DNA from: Candidatus Eiseniibacteriota bacterium
GTDB lineage: Bacteria > Eisenbacteria > RBG-16-71-46
Reading direction: 5' to 3'
NCBI GenBank assembly: GCA_963725865.1
Contig: CAVSAC010000014.1
Location: 352,001-416,000, forward strand
DNA length: 64,000 nt
Below the pieces are notes generated by a model that saw only the letters and a program-made list of their open reading frames with translations, had not been told where the DNA came from and ran no database searches. This document shows positions 56,911-64,000 of this stretch, piece by piece (within the stretch, counting starts at the first letter, position 1; the number at the start of each line of letters is the position of its first letter). A program made the translations under genes and the position numbers.

Positions 56911-58362
56911 TTACTTCTTGGGCGCGCCCGAGGCAGTCGCCGGGGCGGACCAGTCCGACTTCATCACCAGGTTGCCCGCCTTGAAGTGGAACGCCTGGCC
57001 CTTGGTCCAGTAAAGCCACGTCCGGTAGGTGTCTCGGTCGGCCTTCCATTCGAAGATCTCATCCGGCTTGCCCATCGCCTTGAAGGTGTTGACCTCGGCG
57101 GTCGCTCCGGCGGAGGCCGCCGACTCGGCGTCCGGCAACGCGGTGCCACTGCGCAGCGCGAGGTAGACCATCGCTTCCTCGGTGCTCTTGGACTTGTTGC
57201 CGCCCTTGTCGTACGCGGCGCTGAGCAGCTGATGGAACTCGGCCTTCTTCGGGTTCTTCATCAGCACCTTGTAGACGACCGCGACCGCGTCGTCGAACTT
57301 GCCCTGCTCGATCAGGCTCTTGCCGAGTGCGCGCGGCACGTCGAGATCGTCGGGGTTGATCGACAGCGCGCGGCGGAACTGCGCCTCGGCCTGTGCGGGA
57401 TCGCCGCCGTTCTGGAACGCCACGCCCGCGTTGTACGCCAGGTCGAACTCGCCCGGCCGCACCGCGCCCGCCTTGGACCACGCCTCGCCCGCCGACTTGA
57501 AGAAGCTCTTCTTGTCCGCGTCCGAGACACCGGGCGCCTGTGCCTTCTCGAAGTAGGCATTGCCGAGGCCGAGCTGCAGGTCCGCGTTGGCCGGCTCCGA
57601 CTTGAGCAGGTCATTGAAGAACGTGATGGCCTCGTCGTACTTCTTGTCGTTGATGAGCTGGTTCGCGATGTTCTTGCGCAGGTTCGTCATCGAGGTGAGC
57701 AGCAGGCTGTCGTTCGGCGCCATCTTCAGCCCGGCCTTGAAGGTCGCCTCGGCGTCATCGAAGCGGCCGACATACTGGTACGCCTGGCCCATGCTCAGGT
57801 ACGCGACCGGATCCTCGGGCTTCAGCTGCGTGGCCTTGGTGAACCAGCCGATCGCCTCGCTGTACTTGGCGCGCGTGTCGTTGAACATGCGCACCTCGCT
57901 CGCGTCCTCGCTCTTGGGCTTCAGCCCGATGTCCGGGTACAGCTCGAGGGCCGCCTTCATCAGGTTGATGCCCTTGTTGTAGAAGCCCACCCAGTAGCCC
58001 TGGCGATTGTCCTTCCACTGCTGGAGCTTCTTGTCGCCCTTGGCCGTGAGCCCGTCGAGGCAGCGCTTGAACGCGGCGCCCGATGGCGCGGCGCTGTCGA
58101 GCTCGGCGTAGGCCCAGCCCAGATAGCCCATGGCCTCGTAGTCGTCGGGGTCGCCCTCGGCGCACATCTCGAGCTGCTGGATGGCCTTGTGCATCTGGTT
58201 CAGGTAGTCCTCGGTATTGCCCTTGTCCTTGTCGCGCATGCCGCCCACGACATACTGGATGCCGCCGGCGCAATGCTCGTTGCGGGCCTGAGCGACACCA
58301 CCGAGCGTCACCGCCGTCAGGACGGCCAGCGCCGTTCCGATTGCGAACGCACGACGATTCAC
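56911..58362 (-). CDS. Exported tetratricopeptide-repeat protein
   Basis: Strong RBS GGAGGAGG; signal peptide (AQA-R); multiple TPR units; C-terminal MGKPDEI...TWLYW. Confidence 0.82.
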   Translation of the reverse strand: MNRRAFAIGTALAVLTAVTLGGVAQARNEHCAGGIQYVVGGMRDKDKGNTEDYLNQMHKAIQQLEMCAEGDPDDYEAMGYLGWAYAELDSAAPSGAAFKRCLDGLTAKGDKKLQQWKDNRQGYWVGFYNKGINLMKAALELYPDIGLKPKSEDASEVRMFNDTRAKYSEAIGWFTKATQLKPEDPVAYLSMGQAYQYVGRFDDAEATFKAGLKMAPNDSLLLTSMTNLRKNIANQLINDKKYDEAITFFNDLLKSEPANADLQLGLGNAYFEKAQAPGVSDADKKSFFKSAGEAWSKAGAVRPGEFDLAYNAGVAFQNGGDPAQAEAQFRRALSINPDDLDVPRALGKSLIEQGKFDDAVAVVYKVLMKNPKKAEFHQLLSAAYDKGGNKSKSTEEAMVYLALRSGTALPDAESAASAGATAEVNTFKAMGKPDEIFEWKADRDTYRTWLYWTKGQAFHFKAGNLVMKSDWSAPATASGAPKK

Positions 58363-58376
58363 GGTCCCCTCCTCCC

Positions 58377-59105
58377 TCACATGAGACGCGTGCCGTTCAC
58401 CGTGAGCCCGTACGCGGCTCCCAGGAACGACGCCGCCTTGCGAGACACCAGTAGGCGCGTCATGAAGATCTCGAAGTACTCCATCACATGAGAGATGCCG
58501 GTGTCCACGGTGAGCTCCAACGTGATCTGCTTGCCGGCCTCGTCCACGTTCAGGAAGGACTTCTGCACCGCGTAGTTCACGCGGTCGTGGATGTCGAACT
58601 TGATCATCTCCGGGTTCCGCACCCGGCTGCGGTGCACGTCGCTCTTGTCGGCGAGGATGAGCGCGGCGCTCACCGCGGTCACCGGATCGCCGTCCGTCTC
58701 GTGATGGTTGCCGATCGCGGAGATCACGGTGATCGTCTCCTCGGTCGGCATCCCCATCTCGGTCAGGATCTGCATCGCCATCACCGCCCCGCTCTGGGCG
58801 TGGTGGTCGCGATTCACGACATTGCCGATATCGTGCAGGTAGCCGGCGATGCGCGCCAACTCCACGTCCCGCTCCGGGTAGCCGAGCCGCTTCAGGATGT
58901 TCCCGGCGATGTTTGCGACCAGTCCCACGTGCCGCTCCCCGTGCTCGGTGTATCCGATCTTCTCGAGCGACTCGTCCGCCTTGCGGATGTGCAGCCGGAC
59001 CCGCGGATGGTCCTTCACCATCTCGAAGGTGATGTGCGCGCCTCCGCCGACGGCCGGCGGCGCCGTGTCCGGCTGGGCATGGTTCGGAGTGTGGTGACGA
59101 GTCAT
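58377..59105 (-). CDS. HD-domain phosphohydrolase
   Basis: GYTEHG, YLHDIGN, IGNHHE, LILADKSDVHRSRVR, DIHDRVNYAV. Confidence 0.88.
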   Translation of the reverse strand: MTRHHTPNHAQPDTAPPAVGGGAHITFEMVKDHPRVRLHIRKADESLEKIGYTEHGERHVGLVANIAGNILKRLGYPERDVELARIAGYLHDIGNVVNRDHHAQSGAVMAMQILTEMGMPTEETITVISAIGNHHETDGDPVTAVSAALILADKSDVHRSRVRNPEMIKFDIHDRVNYAVQKSFLNVDEAGKQITLELTVDTGISHVMEYFEIFMTRLLVSRKAASFLGAAYGLTVNGTRLM

Positions 59106-59175
59106 GTCCTCAGCCTTCTAGTGCGGGAAGGATGCCAGAGTCCGGGAGCCGGGCATCGGGACGGCGGGAGCGGCG

Positions 59176-59205
59176 ACTGTAGGTCTGCAATTCGAGATGC
59201 GTCAA
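59176..59205 (-). promoter_or_regulatory. Putative sigma70-type promoter of the HD-TPR-ilvC genes
   Basis: TTGACG-18 nt-TACAGT. Confidence 0.5.
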
Positions 59206-59317
59206 GGGCATCGCCTGGACGGGCACGCGCGCCTGTCGAATCCCTGACACGCGCGGCAGCGGCGTCGCTGCGACGCGGTGTGGCGCACCGGAGACGCCTG
59301 CCCGTGCGCGCGGTGCC

Positions 59318-59941
59318 TCAGCGGCGCGGCTGCCGGCGGCGGGCGTTCGCCTCGAGGTACGTCGCAAGCGAATCCGGACGGCCGGGCGGCGCGACCTCGA
59401 AGCGGAGCCTCAGCGCGTCGGCGCCGGTGACCACGTAGGTGAGTCGGAAGCGTGGCGTGCCGGGCGCGGGCTCGCTCACGAACTCGAACGTGTCGCGGGC
59501 CGCCGAGACCCGCGCCGTGTAGTCGATCGCGTGCCCCTCGTTGTCGAGGTACAGCGCGCGCACGCGGCCCGATCCGTCCTCGTGGCGCAGCATCATGAGA
59601 TCGTCGTGGCGGCTGGCGGGTCGCCCCGGCGCAGCCGGGTACTCGGCGAAGCTGCGCCGCACGAGGATGCGCCCCTGCAGATCGAGCGCGAACGAGAACG
59701 CGCCGCTGCCGTGTCCCGGCGCCCCGTCGCCCTCGCCGATCCAGTCGCCCATCAACGGGCGCCACCCCTCCCATGTCGTCGCGGTGGAGTCGCCCGACGC
59801 CGCACGCACGACGTCGGTCCGCCACCCGATCGTCGCCAGCCCCACCACCACGACGGCGACGGCGATCGCGCGCCAGCGACCGCCCGATCCGCTCGGCGCT
59901 TCGCGCCGGGATCCTCGAATGCCCGCGAGCGTGAGTCTCAC
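59318..59941 (-). CDS. Exported hypothetical protein (lipocalin-like beta-barrel, DUF1579-like)
   Basis: GTGA coupling to priA; TM/signal segment; LMGDWIGEG, YLDNEGHAIDY, RFRLTY. Confidence 0.6.
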   Translation of the reverse strand: MRLTLAGIRGSRREAPSGSGGRWRAIAVAVVVVGLATIGWRTDVVRAASGDSTATTWEGWRPLMGDWIGEGDGAPGHGSGAFSFALDLQGRILVRRSFAEYPAAPGRPASRHDDLMMLRHEDGSGRVRALYLDNEGHAIDYTARVSAARDTFEFVSEPAPGTPRFRLTYVVTGADALRLRFEVAPPGRPDSLATYLEANARRRQPRR

Positions 59942-61947
59942 AGCACCTCCACCGGGTCGATGTCCACCACCACCTTGACCGTGCGCTTGTGCCCGTGTTC
60001 CTCGGCCGCCTCCAGCGCCGCCGCGGCGATGGCGCGCAGCCTGGGCGCGCTGCCGCCCTTGAGCAGCAGGTGCCAGCGGTGGCGGCCGCGCAGTCGCGCG
60101 AGCATCTGGGGCGCGGGGCCCAGCACGCGCACGTCCGCCGCAGCGGCCGCCGCCGCGATGGCCTCGCCGACCGCGCTCGCGACGCGCTCCACGTCGGCCT
60201 CGTCGGCGCCGGTGAACAGCACCGCGGCGAGCCGCACGTACGGCGGGTAGCCGGCCTCGCGCCGCGTCGCGAGCTCGCCGTCGACGAACGCCGCGGCGTC
60301 GTGCCGCGCCGCCGACACGACCGCCGGATGCTCCGGCGTGCACGTCTGCACGAACACCTCGCCCGGCGTCTTGCCACGGCCCGCGCGGCCCGAGACCTGG
60401 ACCAGCAGTTGCCAGGTGCGCTCGGCGGCGCGGAAGTCGGGCAGGTGGAGCGCCACGTCGGCGTCCAGCACCCCCACCAGCGTGACACGCGGGAAGTCGA
60501 GCCCCTTCGCGATCATCTGGGTGCCGAGCAGCACGTCGGCCTCGCCGCGCGCGAATGCGCGCAGCACGCGCGCGGGCTCGGCGCGGTCCCGCGCCACGTC
60601 GGTGTCGAGCCGCAGCACGCGCGCCTGCGGGAACACCGTCGCCAGCTCGCGCTCGACCCGCTGCGTGCCCGCGCCGCCGAATCGCAGCAGCGCCGCGTGG
60701 CACTTCGGGCACTGCGCCCCGGCCGGTTCCTGGTGATCGCAATAGTGGCAGCGCCAGACGCGCGGGCTCACGTGCAGCGTCAGCGTGATGTCGCAGTGCG
60801 GGCACTCCGGCACCCACCCGCACGCGCGGCACTGGGTGTGGTGGGAATGGCCGCGGCGATTGAGGAACAGCAGCATCTGCTCGCCGCGCGCGAGCCGCTC
60901 GCCGATGGCGGCGCGGAGCGGACGCGAGAGCAGCGAGCCGCCCTCGCCCTCGCGGCGCAGGTCCACGACCCGCACCTCGGGCAGCCGGCGGCGGTCGATG
61001 CGCTCGGGCATCGCGAGGCGGCGGTACTTGCCGCGGCCGGCGTTGGCGAGCGACTCCAGGCTCGGCGTCGCCGAGCCCAGCACCACCGGGATGCCCAGCA
61101 GTTGCGCGCGCCGCACCGCGACGTCGCGGCCGTGGTAGCGGAGTTGTTCGCTCTGCTTGTAGGCCGGCTCGTGCTCCTCGTCCACCACGATCAGCCTCAG
61201 CGACGGCAGTGGCGCGAACACGGCCGAGCGCGCGCCCACCACCACGTCGAGCGCGCCGCGGCTCGCCAGCTCCCAGTTGCGCCGCCGCTCGCCGACCGAC
61301 AGATACGAGTGCAGCACTCCGACGCGCCCGCCGAAGCGCTGCTCGAACGCCGCCACGACCTGCGAGCCCAGCGCGACCTCGGGCACCAGCACGAGCGTCT
61401 GCCCGCCCGCCTCGCGCGCCGCGCGCGCCGCGCGCAGGTAGACCTCGGTCTTGCCGCTCGCCGTCACGCCGTGGAGCAGCAGCGGCGCGAACGCTTTCGC
61501 CACGACCGCCGCCTCGACCGCGCGCACCGCCGCCGCCTGGGGTGGCGTCATCGTGATGCGCTCCGGCATCGCGAGCCGCATCACGGCGTCCTCGCTCGCG
61601 TGCGCTCGCGCGCGGCTCCGCGCGAAGCCCTCCAGCCCGCCGGGCAGCGTCGCGGCGAGCACCTCGCCGAGCGCCGCGAGGTAGTAGTCCGCGATCCAGC
61701 GCGCCAGCGCCATCAGGTGGGCGGAGATCGGCGCCACGGGCAGCACCGCGCCGAGGTCGAGCAGCCGCGCCGGCGCGTCCGCCGGCGGCTCGGCGAGTAC
61801 CTCGACCACGAACCCGCGCGCGGCACGGTTGCGGAACGGCACCGTGACCTGCACACCCGGTTTCAGGCGGGCGATCAGACTCTCGGGGACGCGGTAGACG
61901 AAGGTGCGCCGCAGCGGGATCGGCAGCGCGACGCGAACGAAGGACAT
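59938..61947 (-). CDS. priA: Primosomal protein N' (replication restart helicase)
   Basis: LHGVTASGKTEVY, VDEEHE, LGSATPSLES, FLNRRG, four CxxC pairs, GTQMIAKGLDFP, QVSGRAGR. Confidence 0.96.
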   Translation of the reverse strand: MSFVRVALPIPLRRTFVYRVPESLIARLKPGVQVTVPFRNRAARGFVVEVLAEPPADAPARLLDLGAVLPVAPISAHLMALARWIADYYLAALGEVLAATLPGGLEGFARSRARAHASEDAVMRLAMPERITMTPPQAAAVRAVEAAVVAKAFAPLLLHGVTASGKTEVYLRAARAAREAGGQTLVLVPEVALGSQVVAAFEQRFGGRVGVLHSYLSVGERRRNWELASRGALDVVVGARSAVFAPLPSLRLIVVDEEHEPAYKQSEQLRYHGRDVAVRRAQLLGIPVVLGSATPSLESLANAGRGKYRRLAMPERIDRRRLPEVRVVDLRREGEGGSLLSRPLRAAIGERLARGEQMLLFLNRRGHSHHTQCRACGWVPECPHCDITLTLHVSPRVWRCHYCDHQEPAGAQCPKCHAALLRFGGAGTQRVERELATVFPQARVLRLDTDVARDRAEPARVLRAFARGEADVLLGTQMIAKGLDFPRVTLVGVLDADVALHLPDFRAAERTWQLLVQVSGRAGRGKTPGEVFVQTCTPEHPAVVSAARHDAAAFVDGELATRREAGYPPYVRLAAVLFTGADEADVERVASAVGEAIAAAAAAADVRVLGPAPQMLARLRGRHRWHLLLKGGSAPRLRAIAAAALEAAEEHGHKRTVKVVVDIDPVEVL

Positions 61948-62101
61948 GCGCGCACTCTACATCAGCCCCGCGCGGCTCAAGGGACGCGCCGCGGCGCGGC
62001 GGGAGCGTCCGGGCTCACGGAGGCGGAGCCTGGTGGAAGCGTCGAGCCGGGTCAGCCCGGTTCGCGCGGGGCGCGGGGTGCCCGCTCCACCGCCGGGCAA
62101 C

Positions 62102-62146
62102 ACAAAGCCGGGCCGGCGGCGTGCGTCAGGCACACGCCGGCCCGGC
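62102..62146 (-). terminator. Intrinsic terminator after the response regulator
   Basis: Stem gccgggccggcg...cgccggcccggc followed by TTTGT on the minus strand. Confidence 0.55.
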
Positions 62147-62181
62147 CTCCAGGGACACGTTGCTGCGGTCCGTGTGGAGGC

Positions 62182-62577
62182 CTAGGCCTGCATGCGGTTC
62201 GGGCTGGACTGCCCGAGGATCGCGTTGATGCGTTCGACCAGCTTGCGGGGGCTGAACGGCTTGGTGATGTAGTCGTCCGCTCCCACCTCGAAGCCGATCT
62301 TCTGGTCCACGTTGCGGCCCTTCGCCGACAGCAGGATGACCGGGATCTGCTTGGTGTTGTCGTCCGCCTTCAGCAGCTTGCAGGTCTCGTAGCCGTCCAG
62401 CTTCGGCATCATGATGTCGAGGACGATGAGATCGGGATGCTCCGCTCTCGCCTTCTCGAGTGCCTGTTCGCCGTCCAGCGCGGTCAGGACCTCGTAGCCC
62501 TCCATGCCGAGACTGAAGTCCAGGATGTGCACGATGTAGATCTCATCGTCCACCACCAGGATCTTTCCCTTCGCCAT
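62182..62577 (-). CDS. Single-domain response regulator (receiver)
   Basis: ILVVDDE, LDIMMPKLDG, LLSAK, DYITKPF. Confidence 0.93.
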   Translation of the reverse strand: MAKGKILVVDDEIYIVHILDFSLGMEGYEVLTALDGEQALEKARAEHPDLIVLDIMMPKLDGYETCKLLKADDNTKQIPVILLSAKGRNVDQKIGFEVGADDYITKPFSPRKLVERINAILGQSSPNRMQA

Positions 62578-62583
62578 TGCGAC

Positions 62584-64000
62584 TCACCTCCCTGCGTGCG
62601 GGGTCACGTGCTCGCCCGTCATGGGCGACGTGCCGGACTCGTGCTCCACGTCCGCCAGCGCTTCCGCGAAGACCGCGACGATCTCCGGGTCGAACTGACG
62701 CCCTCCAAGCCGGCGCAACTCCTCGAGCGCCTGCTCTCGCGACAGAGCAGGCCGATGGGGCCGCCCCACCGTCATGCTCTCCCATGCATCCACCACCGCC
62801 AGGATCCGGCTGCCGACCGGGATCGCCTCGCCGGCGATGCCGCGCGGATAGCCGCTCCCATCCCACCACTCGTGGTGACTCAGGACGATGTCGCGCACGG
62901 CGCCCATGGTCTCGAGCGGGCGCAGCAGCTCGGCGCTCAGCTCGGGATGGCGTTCGAGCGCCTCGCGCCCGCTCGGCGACAGGGCGCCGGTGGCGCCGGT
63001 CACTTCGTCTCCGATGTTCGCCATGCCGACATCGTGGATGCTGGCGGCGAACGAGATCACGCCGGCCTCCGACTCGCCGAGCCCGTGACGGCGCGCCAGC
63101 GCGCGCGCGATGCGCACGCGATCGGGGGCGCGGTCGCGGCTGCGATCGAGGTGTCGCAGCACGTCGCGCAGCGCCTGCGTGGTGTCGGTCACGTGCCCCT
63201 GCGACTCCTCCATCACGAGCGCCTGCTCCCACGCCACGGTGACCCGGTCGGCGAGATGCAGGAGCAGGTGGCAGTCCTCGGCGTCGAACGGCTTCTGCGC
63301 GACCGGATCGGTGACGCTGAGCACGCCGAGCAGCCCGCGCTCGCCCTCGAGCGGCACGGACAGGAAGGTGCCGGTGCGGTAGTCCGAGCGGCCCGACGGC
63401 TGGACCTCGGCGCGCGACTCGTCGCCCGCGACGCACACCGGGCGACGGTGCTCCATCACCCAGCCGGCCACGCCCTGACCGCGATGGATGCGCGCATCGC
63501 GCACCACCTGCTCGTCGAGCCCGAGAGCCGCCTGGATGCGCAGGTCTCCACTCTCGTCGGGTGCGAGCAGCGAGACCACGCGCGCGTTCATGACTTCCGC
63601 CACCATCTCGATCGCCAGCCTCAGGACGTCTTCCGACCCCTCACGTGGACGCGGAGTCTCGCGTACGGTGACGCGCGGTCCGGTCCGCCTCGGCAACACC
63701 ACCGTGAAGCGCGAACCGCGGCCGGGCGTGCTCTCCGCGAAGACCCGACCTCCGTGCCACTCCACGATCGACTTACAGATCGCCAGACCGAGCCCGCTGC
63801 CTCCGAAGCGTCGCACGAGCGAGGAATCCACCTGGTAGAAGCGCTCGAAGACCTTCTCGAGCGCCTCCTCGGGGATTCCGATGCCCGTGTCCTCCACCTG
63901 GAGCGTCACGTCGCGGGTGTCACCCGTCAGGCGGAGGACCACGTTCCCGCCCTCGGGAGTGAACTTGACCGCGTTGCCGCCCAGATGGAGGACCAGTTGA
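62584..64000 (-). CDS. Signal transduction protein: HATPase_c + GAF + HD-GYP domains (5' end beyond the window)
   Basis: Frame open to the window edge: GNAVKFT, DTGIGIP, FERFYQ, GGSGLGLAIC; GAF (GVAGWV...FLSVPL...F..ED); IHDVG, HHEWWDGSGYP, ILAVVDAWESM, QFDP. Confidence 0.88.
   Translation of the reverse strand, partial: QLVLHLGGNAVKFTPEGGNVVLRLTGDTRDVTLQVEDTGIGIPEEALEKVFERFYQVDSSLVRRFGGSGLGLAICKSIVEWHGGRVFAESTPGRGSRFTVVLPRRTGPRVTVRETPRPREGSEDVLRLAIEMVAEVMNARVVSLLAPDESGDLRIQAALGLDEQVVRDARIHRGQGVAGWVMEHRRPVCVAGDESRAEVQPSGRSDYRTGTFLSVPLEGERGLLGVLSVTDPVAQKPFDAEDCHLLLHLADRVTVAWEQALVMEESQGHVTDTTQALRDVLRHLDRSRDRAPDRVRIARALARRHGLGESEAGVISFAASIHDVGMANIGDEVTGATGALSPSGREALERHPELSAELLRPLETMGAVRDIVLSHHEWWDGSGYPRGIAGEAIPVGSRILAVVDAWESMTVGRPHRPALSREQALEELRRLGGRQFDPEIVAVFAEALADVEHESGTSPMTGEHVTPHAGR

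Overview
Very GC-rich bacterial chromosome segment, almost entirely transcribed on the minus strand. The gene content (many secreted proteins ending in a FlgD-Ig/T9SS-type C-terminal domain, FCB-like outer-membrane genes) suggests an FCB-related candidate phylum such as Ca. Eisenbacteria; this is inference only. The housekeeping backbone has an aspartate aminotransferase, ppdK, larC/larB, dusB, ctpA, tmk, ino1 plus a PIP synthase-like gene, rsmI, ltaE, HU, ilvC, priA and a response regulator. Three visibly less GC-rich blocks of secreted/surface genes interrupt it: 1-1815, about 8600-13725 and about 30780-41350. Most notable: (1) a ~0.83-0.87 kb 5' module (non-coding leader, RBS, signal peptide and a ~145-aa unknown N-terminal domain) occurs twice as a direct repeat, each time fused in frame to a diverged clan GH-J-like beta-propeller, and one end of the module coincides with the stop codon of a VWA-domain gene; (2) a surface locus with a ~1,400-aa secreted protein under a long structured leader, followed by two paralogous giant lipoproteins and a CTD-bearing protein; (3) at least six proteins share a T9SS/FlgD-like C-terminal domain, next to a lamin-tail / beta-barrel / ComEA-like-barrel operon. 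Four otherwise intact genes carry small frameshifts, most likely assembly indels. I recognised no rRNA, tRNA, CRISPR array, integrase or transposase.
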